NCBI GenBank assembly: GCA_023334545.1
Contig: JAADVB010000207.1
Span: forward strand, 1-34,302
DNA from: Salisapilia sapeloensis CBS 127946
Taxonomy: Eukaryota > Protista > Oomycota
Reading direction: 5' to 3'
Length of the DNA: 34,302 bases
The translations under genes were made by a program, and so were the position numbers. Positions 11,876 through 20,694 of the stretch are shown here, piece by piece (the first letter of the stretch is position 1; every line of letters starts with the position of its first letter). The notes beneath the pieces are model-generated. The model saw nothing but the letters and a program-made list of their open reading frames with translations. It had not been told where the DNA came from and did no database searches.

Positions 11876-14173
11876 TCAATGCATGTTCGAAGTCTGCATG
11901 AATGGAGGCACTTGCACCAGCGTATTCTGCCATTTCTTATGTCGGAGAGTCACCGCTGCGACTTCAAAGTCACGGATATCCTGTGAAGACTCCATATCGT
12001 CGCCTTCGATGTGCAGCAAGTTGCCATTAAGCAACCGGAGGGGATTATGTCGCGTCTCGGCCAGCATCTGAGCCAAGTGCTTTGGCTTGAAGCACTCTTC
12101 AATCACGCTCGCGCGTCTGTTGCCGGCCACGAACACTAGCAGACACAAGACCACCAGCACTCCACAACCCACGTAGGCGAGTATCGCCGGGACTAAGGGA
12201 ATGGACATGACAATGTCTACATTCTCAGGCGTCGCTAACGATGTCGACGTCTTCATGTCTCTGCCGTCCGCTCGCTTCTGGACGCCATTCTGTAGGAGCC
12301 AAAAGGCGGACGAATAAAAGGCAGGGCTGAAAGAGTCATCTGTGTACCAGTGATTTCGCTCGATCTCGGTCAGCATTCGCCCTCGGTTCACCTGACAGTC
12401 GTTTCCAGTCACCGATTTCCACTTTGAAAAGTCTTCAAACCTTCTCGGGATGATCAGATCGGACTTGATTTCCTCCGAAGCGCCAATCTCCTGCGTATTG
12501 GCAGCAAGTAACATAGGCCACATGTCCATGTTCGGCACGAACTTGGTCAAGTGTCCGTTCGGAAGGTTAGCTTTGCCGACCAGCAATTGCGTGCTACTTT
12601 TGTCGCTCAACTGAATGGCAACTCCTTCGCACGCACCTTCCACCTCACAAGACCGACCAGTAATAGCAGACAGGTCGGTGGTCACCCACTTTAGAATGCC
12701 AACCGTCACGGATACGCTCTTCCTGGCACCACTCACAAGCACTTTCGACCCGTTTCTCTCTATCCTGTCTCCATCGATTGCGGACGAGAAACTGACAACC
12801 AGAAAAGAATTCGTGGCTTTTGTACAGTCAGAAGTTAGTGGGTCCATAGACAGATCGACGTCGACTTGGCCACTCTTGTCCAGACACAGCGACAGAGCCT
12901 TGACTGTTGGGCCCCTATTCAGGAAGGAAGTGGTGCTTCTCTCCGACTTGGGGCCGGTGCCTACGATACAAGCGTCTTCACCACAAGCCTCCTTCGCATT
13001 AATCTCAAAAATGTCTTCTTTCGGCGAGTAGGCAGATTTCGTAGTCTCTCCTGTAACCTCTGATATGGAAATTTTCCTCCGCAAGTAGTTGCTGATGAAA
13101 GGAATGTTAAACGTCACGGAAGACATGGATAATGCGTGCCCATCGACAGCGGTCTCTTGGAAGGACACCGACGCGTCGTCCACATTCAGTAGTCTGGTGT
13201 TGGGATTCGTCGTCCGGTCGAGCACCTTGTCGGACAAGATGGTTGCTGCGTCTTTCACCACCGAGTGTGACTTGGATGTTAGTTGCGTCATTGACCTGTT
13301 TGAAAAGACCGACTGGAGGACATTGAAACCCAGGACCATCAACATCTCCGTCTTCTCCTTGCCAGTCGGTAAGCCATCCACCTTTTCACTCAGCTCTGAT
13401 ACAGCTACTTTGCTCTGCCGCACGTCGTTTGCCACCCGTAGCTTGTCATGCCAACTTGTCGGCGCAAAAGCATACTCGACAGACGTTGAAATGAGTCGAG
13501 GCGAAGGCAGAGAGCACGTTGGGGTCAATCGGGATGGCGGGACTGGAAGCTCCATGCTTCCTCTAACGATCGAGTCCACTGGCGAGTTCGCCCACCACGT
13601 TTCCCTCGTAAAAGTCTCCATGCTCGAATCGTTGATAGTAGAGACGGTCTTCAGGTCACTTCCGGTGATAATGTTGATGACTTCCGACTGTGTCGCATCC
13701 ATACGAATCGCAAAGAAGGCTGTGGTGAGCAACCAGATCACGATCGTACTCGCTGCAATGGTGGCTATCCTGGTAGTTCGCATGTGCTTTTCGTCCAGAG
13801 ATAGATAGAACTTGGTTGACAAGCATAATAGAGTGAGTGGGACAAGCGACGAAACTAGGAATACCACGGGATTCACGACGAGTGCTACGAGAAGCGCCAT
13901 GGACGTCGTATAGTCGGCTAGGTCGACGTCATTGCTGTTGGATGCACTGAGACTGCGTATCGTGATTCCTTCATGGCAAAAGTAGACGAAGAGCACGATG
14001 CATAGGATGCCGACGACCGTCGGCAGCAAGACGCGCAGTCGACGGACCTGCAGTAGTAGAGGCACCGCATTGGTGGCCGCCGTGCGTGAATGAGACGGCT
14101 GTACATTTGCCGAAAGCATGACCTGTGACATGGAGAATGGAGCGGCATTTGTCATGTTCAGTGCGTGGAACAA
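11876..14173 (-). CDS. Uncharacterised membrane protein: about 3 N-terminal TMs, large Cys-containing loop, C-terminal TM
   Basis: 765-aa open frame with hydrophobic segments VLLPTVVGILCIVLFVYF, ALLVALVVNPVVFLVSSLVPLTLLCL, IAASTIVIWLLTTAFFAI and IPLVPAILAYVGCGVLVVLCLLVFVAG. The start codon could be one of several Mets. Confidence 0.8.
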   Translation of the reverse strand: MFHALNMTNAAPFSMSQVMLSANVQPSHSRTAATNAVPLLLQVRRLRVLLPTVVGILCIVLFVYFCHEGITIRSLSASNSNDVDLADYTTSMALLVALVVNPVVFLVSSLVPLTLLCLSTKFYLSLDEKHMRTTRIATIAASTIVIWLLTTAFFAIRMDATQSEVINIITGSDLKTVSTINDSSMETFTRETWWANSPVDSIVRGSMELPVPPSRLTPTCSLPSPRLISTSVEYAFAPTSWHDKLRVANDVRQSKVAVSELSEKVDGLPTGKEKTEMLMVLGFNVLQSVFSNRSMTQLTSKSHSVVKDAATILSDKVLDRTTNPNTRLLNVDDASVSFQETAVDGHALSMSSVTFNIPFISNYLRRKISISEVTGETTKSAYSPKEDIFEINAKEACGEDACIVGTGPKSERSTTSFLNRGPTVKALSLCLDKSGQVDVDLSMDPLTSDCTKATNSFLVVSFSSAIDGDRIERNGSKVLVSGARKSVSVTVGILKWVTTDLSAITGRSCEVEGACEGVAIQLSDKSSTQLLVGKANLPNGHLTKFVPNMDMWPMLLAANTQEIGASEEIKSDLIIPRRFEDFSKWKSVTGNDCQVNRGRMLTEIERNHWYTDDSFSPAFYSSAFWLLQNGVQKRADGRDMKTSTSLATPENVDIVMSIPLVPAILAYVGCGVLVVLCLLVFVAGNRRASVIEECFKPKHLAQMLAETRHNPLRLLNGNLLHIEGDDMESSQDIRDFEVAAVTLRHKKWQNTLVQVPPFMQTSNMH

Positions 14174-14812
14174 GCAATGGCGCCACCTCCGTTCCTTCGT
14201 GAAGTGGTGGCGAAGTACGAGACCAGTCTATTTGATAATGGTATTAGCTACCAGTCGAATAGATTTTTTAGTATGTCCCAGTTGTTCACTGCCCTCGCTC
14301 TCTTGCCTCTTGCCTTGCTTGGTTCGAAAGTGCCACGATTGCTTATGCAAGGCTGTCCTCCAGCATCAGGACGACCGGATGGCGATCTGGTCCAAAAGCG
14401 ATGCGAGTGTTGGAAGCTCCATGACAACCATACAACACGAAACCGCTGTGACTACCCTCCTCGACCGTGTTGTGATAGCTCGTCGGACGTGGACATGAAG
14501 GAGGTACCTGGCCATACGTGGCATCCAAGGGTACAAGCGATCATGATCGGCAGATACGTTATCAGGGATAGAGTATCCGGTGGTTCGGGGTGGAACGCGG
14601 GATGGACGCTTTTCTGACCAGCGTCGGGAACACAAGATAGATGGTGCAGTAATCTGACAATCGACAAGGCCGACATCTACAACAGAAATGATAGTCCGAT
14701 ATGCGCACGCTAACTGTGCACCACACACACGCGTCCTTTTGCGCAAATTTAAATGGCCATGCTGCTATTATCTCGCGTCCTTACGCTGACTCTTGCTACT
14801 TCTGTTACGACC

Positions 14813-15544
14813 TCAACCTGTATCTTCTGAAGCGGCGCTCGTAGTTGGAATGGGTGCTGTTTGACCGAAAGGAAAATTTCTCTCCAGTCGGCTGTATTTC
14901 GCTTCCATCAAAGCTAACTTCCCCTTGAGTTCTTTGTTCCGATTCTCACTTGCATAAACTCGGCGTTCGAGTCGGCTGACTTTACGGCACAGGAACGAAT
15001 TCGTGCGTTCCTCGTGGCTTACTTGAAGTGTCAGCCGCTGGAGTTGAAGACCCAAACTTTGAACTTGCTGCATCAGCCGACGTTCACCCGGCTCGAGTCG
15101 ATGCAAGCTTTCTCTAGTTGCTTTTGTATGTGAATTCCAACCTTCTCCGGTGAATATTGGAGAGGAGAAAGTAGACGCTCGATCGGATGCATGCAAGTAG
15201 GAAGGTGTCGTATCAATAAGCGCATTCGGTCTTTTTCCAATACTGTCCAATGTTTCATGTGCATCTCTCTCGTTCCGTTCAAAGGCAAAAGCCATTCGAA
15301 GCTGTGTCTGAAGCCTGTCAATCTCTGCCTCCATTCGCTGTTTCTCGTCATGAAAGTTGCCAGTCACTTTTTCCAATCGTTCAAGCATCTCTTCGTTGTG
15401 CTTTAACAATCCCAAGCCATGTTCTGTTGCCTGTCGAAGTGCCTAACATGACTATAGTACGCTAGCTTTTTTCCTATGCAGCAAGCCACTCACCCTTCCC
15501 GAGTCGAGGACGATCTTTGCATGACAAAGTACATTTTTGTCCAT
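14813..15544 (-). CDS. Coiled-coil protein with N-terminal CC1-box-like motif (226 aa, 2 exons)
   Basis: Exons 15544-15494 and 15442-14813; 51-nt intron GTGAGT...TTAG, phase 0. The join gives MDKNVLCHAKIVLDSGR|ALRQATEHGLGLLKHNEEMLERLEK. Confidence 0.7.
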
Positions 15545-15580
15545 GTTCTATCCTTTATGAAGCAGAAGAAATTGTATTTT

Positions 15581-16686
15581 CTATTTACTTAGCACAGTCC
15601 GTACCACCCACTCGATTGTCACGATCTCACTTAAAGCGCTCGAAACGATGACGCCCACTGCCATCTTGCATGCAACACTCGCCGTCATCTCCGGTAGCTG
15701 CTTTACTGTTTCATGCCGGAAATCTTCCACAGCGTCCTTAATTTCTCCCATAAAAAAGACCAAGGCGAAGTTGAAGAGGTAACCCATCATGAAGCCAACT
15801 AGGACGACATTGGCAAAGCCTAGCGCGATCAACAAGACGTATACTTGGTAGCAGGCGTCGTATCCAATCTTTAACGACAGATTGGTCTGAGTTGCCGACC
15901 GCTTTTTGCTCTTATGAAGCTGCATCGCCAATGGAGCCGAACGCACACTTGATGCGACCATATAGGCGCCGACAAAAAGTGCCGCCCCTATCGAGTAGAC
16001 TGCGACGACAAGGTTCACTTTGTTTTCGAGAAAGTAGATGATGGAAAGCATGGCTACTGGTCCACAATAGACGCTGACAGCAAATTCTTCTAGCCCCTCC
16101 AGCCTGTTAAGTAGAGGTAGGCCACCCATGGAGTACAGCACGGCAATGGACAGCTCCAGTAGCACGATTGCAGAGGTAGCAAGAGGCTTGTCGAGCATGT
16201 AGCACGCCGGGATGACTGCTGAGAACAGCCCAAGCACAAATATATAGGACCAGTTCTGCACTTGCGTCTTCGTTAGCAGGCTACAGCATCAATATATATT
16301 TAGTCACAAACGAAATTGAGGGCATCGAGACTGACGTACTTGAGGACGACGCGATCTTGCTGACTGGAAGAGCTGTCGGAGGAAAAGTTGCTGGCATCAA
16401 CCATCTTTGGCTGGATGGATAGCCGAGCCATGGAGTATACATTGTTTAAATTACTAAGCGCCTGGAGAAAGATTGCTGCAACGAAGACGGCCATGACGTC
16501 CGAACGTAGCAACTCTATCGCTTCGGAGCTATGAAAAGCTGCGATAGGGACACCTGCCACACAAATCGCTGCCACAAGCGACTGTGGTCTGACGGCAGTC
16601 ACCTGTGACGTCCACTGTCAGCAAAGACCAAGTTAGAGGAATATACACGTCCAACGCACCAAGTTCGTCCGGTATTGGGAGCTCAT
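15581..16686 (-). CDS. Multi-pass membrane protein of unknown function (329 aa, 3 exons)
   Basis: Exons 16686-16660, 16602-16340, 16280-15581. Introns of 57 nt (GTGCGT..GCTGAC..CAG) and 59 nt (GTACGT..TAG) join two track ORFs in frame; many hydrophobic segments. Confidence 0.72.
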
Positions 16687-16829
16687 ATCCAAGTGCCGGA
16701 GCAGGTTCCGTTTTCACAGAATACCCCTCATTATTGAAGTTCAGTGCGCCTCCGCTTTTTCCTCTTGGATTTTGTATGGCGACTGGTTTTTGAAGTCGAG
16801 ACAGAATCAAAGAGCTTGGCGGACGGAAG

Positions 16830-17609
16830 ATGGAAGAGGCGACGACGGCCCTGCCAGCGCAGCCCGAGGCATTCCGGCCAGACATGGCGCACTTGAAGGA
16901 GCCCCAGTTCGACCTCAGCATCGAGCCAGAGCAAGAGATGCCGTCACAACCTCTGAAGAAATCGCGAGGAGGCCGAGCCGAAGGAAATAAGCGACACTCG
17001 ACCAAAAGCAAAGCTCGCCCTGGTCTGCGCAAGGGAAAATGGACGATACAAGAGTCCAAATATGCGGAAAGGCTGATCTTTTACTTCAAGGAAGGGCTCT
17101 TGGACATTGGTCGAGGCACCATGCTCCGCATCTTTCTAGCAAACGAACTCAATTGCGAGCCCATGCGCATCACGAAACGATTCACAGGCAGCACTTGCAT
17201 TGGAAAGCAGGTGTATAGACCGTGTCTGGCCACAGCAGAGACGAAGGCTCGGATGATCGAGGCCAAGACAGAGCTAGCGCAGTTGGAAAAGGCCTTCCGA
17301 GCCAAAGTGGAGAACCCGAGGGATTTTGGACCCAAGATGTCGGACAGCGACGAAGATGGGAAGCGGGAAAAAAAGTCTGGCCGAAAGAAACGCAAGACTC
17401 GGGCGAATGAAGAGGCGAATGCGGTGGGACTGTTGCTGGACTTTAGCCAGAAGGCTCAGAGTCGAGACGACGAGAGCGACGAGGACGACGGTGGCGAGAA
17501 GAAAGCAAAGGTGAAGGAAGAATGTGGGGAGAAGAGAGCAAAGGTGAAGGAAGAAGGCGAGGCAGAGGAAGCTCCAAAGGTAGACACGCCGCCGATATTT
17601 TCCATCTAG
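16830..17609 (+). CDS. Putative nuclear protein with a stramenopile-type Myb/SANT-like domain
   Basis: 259 aa containing RKGKWTIQESKYAERLIFYFKEGLLDIGRGTMLRIFLANELNCEPMRITKRFTG..CIGKQVYRPC, followed by a helix and a basic NLS-like stretch (KKSGRKKRKTR). Confidence 0.8.
   Translation: MEEATTALPAQPEAFRPDMAHLKEPQFDLSIEPEQEMPSQPLKKSRGGRAEGNKRHSTKSKARPGLRKGKWTIQESKYAERLIFYFKEGLLDIGRGTMLRIFLANELNCEPMRITKRFTGSTCIGKQVYRPCLATAETKARMIEAKTELAQLEKAFRAKVENPRDFGPKMSDSDEDGKREKKSGRKKRKTRANEEANAVGLLLDFSQKAQSRDDESDEDDGGEKKAKVKEECGEKRAKVKEEGEAEEAPKVDTPPIFSI
17496..17561 (+). repeat. Two-copy 33-bp tandem duplication in coding sequence
   Basis: GAGAAGAAAGCAAAGGTGAAGGAAGAATGTGGG / GAGAAGAGAGCAAAGGTGAAGGAAGAAGGCGAG, encoding EKKAKVKEECG and EKRAKVKEEGE. 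Confidence 0.9.
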
Positions 17610-18526
17610 TCAACACATCCATAAACAATAACCTGTTTTCAAAACTACAAACCAAATTCTCACAAAAAGAATTTTTCATCTAAGCACATCACGCTTTAAA
17701 TTACGACCTGTATAAGAACACCTCCACTCGAATCCCACAGTCGGAGAACTCCGTCCGAGTCCCCTGCCATCAGTCTGCCTGACCGTTTGCTCTTTTTATC
17801 ACACTGCCGACACTCGGTGCGGACGGAGACAGGAAGGCCAGGCCACTGTAGCTGGAAGACGGACGGCTCGAATCCCGCAGGATCCGCTGCGGTCGAGTGG
17901 GAACTTTTTGCAATTAAAACAAGTGAACCTCTATCTTCGACGCGCAGCACACGGCGATCTCGTCCTACTCAAAAGTTAGCATTCGAATGAACAGAGGAAG
18001 CATGCAATATATGCTACTATCATATTCAGAAAATTCCACCGGATGCGCCGAACCTCATACCAGGTCGAGATGAGGTGAATCCAGCGATGTAATGTTAGAC
18101 AATGGTCGTAAAAAATATAAGTGAGTAGATATGAGAAACACAAACAGGCTCTACTCTTCGACACTTGAAGGACTCGCCTCGAGGTGCTTCGTCTGCCGCC
18201 TGGCGCGACCTCTATGTCTGCACTGCATTTATGCTTCGGTGGAAATGCTAATCAAAGTCGTACACGGCGATCACACCTGTGTTGGAGCCAGCCACCAGTA
18301 GAGCGCCTTGTCTTTCAAACTCGAGGCACGTGGCTGTTATCCGGTCCAACATAGTGGGGGCATGTTTCCCACCACGCGACTAGACTTGTGCTAAAAAAGC
18401 CTGCGATCGGCTGCGCCCGCGACCGCTTCATTCTGTAGCTGAATCATATCAAACTCCCACCATTAGGTATCCGCTCTAAAGGGATGTTGAACCCATATCT
18501 GGTTTTGAAGGGAAAGACACTATAAC

Positions 18527-20081
18527 ATGCCATTTGACAACACGATTGGGAGAGATTCTCCACATATTTACCTCTTGATTGTAGTACAGACCTACTTATC
18601 GTATCTTTTTAAAGGATAGATGGCTATCCTTTATCACATGAAGTCACGGCTCCAGGTTTCCATCAATTCCAATGTGAGTCTGATGGACTTGAGCGCTGTA
18701 AGCCAACCTGAATCAGCATCTTAAAATTCATCTGCGACCACTCTCCAGCAGCTCTATCTACGATTTGTTCCCGTTAAGCAAGCGATCCATCATAAAATAA
18801 AGCGTAGCTGTAAGCAGTGGTGGCAATTTGCATTCGGAACCTACTTGCGGGCTTCCACGCCAGTGGACGCATCAGCAGACAGCTCAGCTTGGCCATACTC
18901 ATCTGCGCTACACAAACCCAAGTGGAGCGCATCCTCCGACAACTTCCGCCGACTCAAGTTTATCGTTCTACGCTTTCCGGAAACAGCCCAGCCAGATACC
19001 CACTTCCAGCTCGGCTTCTCTCTCGAAGAGCACTGCGTCACCACGCTCACATCTAACATCTACGCCAAGCAGAGCAGCATGGAGCTTGTCGTCAGCGACA
19101 TCTCGCACGCGCACTTGTGGAAACTGGGCTTCGTGTCGGCGATGTTTTGGAGTGTGTCGGTGGCAAGCCCATTGCTGGGCTGGGCGGTTGCAATGCCTAT
19201 CCTTCGCGTGATCTCCAGTTTGCCAACTACATTCTTAGCGATGGAAAAGGAGTTTCCATTGTCTACAAGAAGCAGCGCCAGCCACCAGCTCCAGCTCGTC
19301 AGTACCCAATTACGCTTAACGCCGAAGACGTTGTCTAGGGCTTGGATCCCGGACGAACAGAGTTCTATAACGCAATCAGCTCAACGGATCGGAAGCTCTC
19401 CTACGCTACTGCCCAGTACTTTCGAGATGCTGGCTCGATAAGAGCACTCGCCGTCGTCAAATTAAGATCAACAGTGATCAGTTTATTCGTACGACATTTA
19501 ATACGATGCCGACGAAGAAGTTGTCGACGCTAAGGGCATTCAGAGTACACCTGGAGTATGTCCTTCCGAAGATCGATATATTGCTCCGATTCTTTATGCA
19601 ACCATTGTTTCTGAATTTAACCTTTACTCACAGTTGATATCATCGCGTCTTGAAAAAATTGTGTCGTCGATTTGTCGACGGAAATGGTACTACGTAAATC
19701 GGATTTGGTGATTGAAGTGCGACCAATTATAATTGTCACCTCAAGAAGACTCAACCAGGTCCGGTGAAACGGTTTGAACGGTAGCTTCGAAGATACTGTA
19801 CCGTGGTCCCGGTCGATGAATTTCGTACGAGTCAGAAGCACCATGGCTGTCATGAACAACTTAAGAATCAAGTATCTCATCGACGTTGTCGCGATGGCGT
19901 AATTCGGAAGCACAAGGTACATAAAGTTCTACATTGTAGTTCGCCTCGACGTAGAAATGCTACGGTCGATCGAGATGAAAACGCAAGTCAAAACATTTTC
20001 GCAACTTTTATGCGTCAGCTCCAAGGCCAGGAGCGATCAGCACCGTTCCAACGACCGCAACGAACCAACGCACAAGACTGA
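18527..20081 (+). pseudogene. Fanzor: Decayed Fanzor1 (eukaryotic TnpB-like RNA-guided RuvC nuclease)
   Basis: Strong core 19219-20081: FANYILSDGKGVSIVYKK (19219-19272); VV*GLDPGR (RuvC-I Asp 19345-19347); YATAQYFRDAG; a frameshift near 19435; then MPTKK...YVLPKIDILLRFF...RVLKKLCRRF...IGFGD*S...PGPVKRFER*LRRYCTVVPVDEFRTS (RuvC-II Glu 19818-19820), HHGCH...VLHC (Zn-finger remnant) and DRDENASQNI (RuvC-III Asp 19974-19976). Five in-frame stops in the core. The N-terminal extension 18527-19130 lies in a third frame with two more stops and is only weakly supported. Confidence 0.88.
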
Positions 20082-20225
20082 AATGTAGAGCAAAACTAGT
20101 AGTTTATTTTATCATGCAGTGCCTCTCTTTGGAGTTGTAACTGCATGACAGCTTCTTGTCTTAGATTTATGATTCATAGCATTAAGCCGTTCGACCACGC
20201 GGTATTGGATATTACAATTCAATAT
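20040..20225 (+). ncRNA. Candidate Fanzor omegaRNA scaffold / element right end
   Basis: Position inferred from known Fanzor/TnpB architecture. Stems seen: TCATGCAGT (20112-20120) / ACTGCATGA (20140-20148), GACAG/TTGTC (20147-20160), TATTGGAT/ATTCAATA (20203-20224). Boundaries are not determinable. Confidence 0.3.
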
Positions 20226-20277
20226 TGTGGGGATCCAAACAGGGCCTAAAACTACATAATTTAATTGGTTTGCGTCT

Positions 20278-20694
20278 TCAGTTCACGCCTTCGATCCGAG
20301 GCAGATTGAAATTGATTGGAGGAACCTTGGACGACACGCGCTGGTACGGCGAGTACCGGTACTTGGTCATGCACCGACGGCGGTGACGAGACTGCATGCT
20401 CATTCGCTCGGCACAAGTCCGGCAATGGCATTCGACGCTGCCGGTGCGATCATCACCGAGCCAGAAGACCAAGTCCGTGTACGAGATGTCGTCGCACATG
20501 GGCTCCATGGCCGGCTCCAGCTCGCACTTGGTCGGTACCATTTGGGCAGGTGGCAGTTCATAAGGGTTCAACGTGATGTTGGAGGAGTTGACGAGAATAG
20601 CTTGCATAAGGTCTTCTTCCTCCCAGAGCTTAAAGTCTTCCGTGTCGAGCCATGAAGGCGAAGTGGGAAGGTCGGACGTGGGAGTGTTCGGCAT
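20278..20694 (-). CDS. Small hypothetical protein (138 aa) with CxCxxC and basic C-terminus
   Basis: The first ATG in the 171-codon track ORF is at 20694: MPNTPTSDLP...VECHCRTCAERMSMQSRHRRRCMTKYRYSPYQRV. Confidence 0.6.
   Translation of the reverse strand: MPNTPTSDLPTSPSWLDTEDFKLWEEEDLMQAILVNSSNITLNPYELPPAQMVPTKCELEPAMEPMCDDISYTDLVFWLGDDRTGSVECHCRTCAERMSMQSRHRRRCMTKYRYSPYQRVSSKVPPINFNLPRIEGVN

Noticed and set aside
14118-14746. Several 60-150 aa ORFs on both strands
   Set aside because: No recognisable motif or consistent splice model.
17860-17890. tRNA T-loop-like GGCTCGAATCCC
   Set aside because: The flanks do not form a T stem and no cloverleaf can be built.
18354-18383. Helitron-like 3' end (GTGGG/CCCAC stem then CTAG)
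   Set aside because: The stem is short and CTAG is followed by A rather than the expected T.
19117-19180. PDZ-like motif GLRVGDVLECVGGKPI
   Set aside because: It lies within the Fanzor remnant just before FANYILSDG and lacks the rest of a PDZ domain; probably coincidental.
18845-19441. 198-aa ORF as an independent gene
   Set aside because: It overlaps the Fanzor motifs in another frame; better explained as part of the decayed Fanzor plus off-frame run-on.
20096-20100. CTAG|T after the Fanzor stop as a Helitron terminus
   Set aside because: No GC-rich hairpin 10-12 nt upstream; insufficient alone.
18220-20122. 9-bp inverted match GCACTGCAT (18220-18228) / ATGCAGTGC (20114-20122) as TIRs
   Set aside because: A 9-mer match is expected by chance across flanks of this size, and no TSD is evident.
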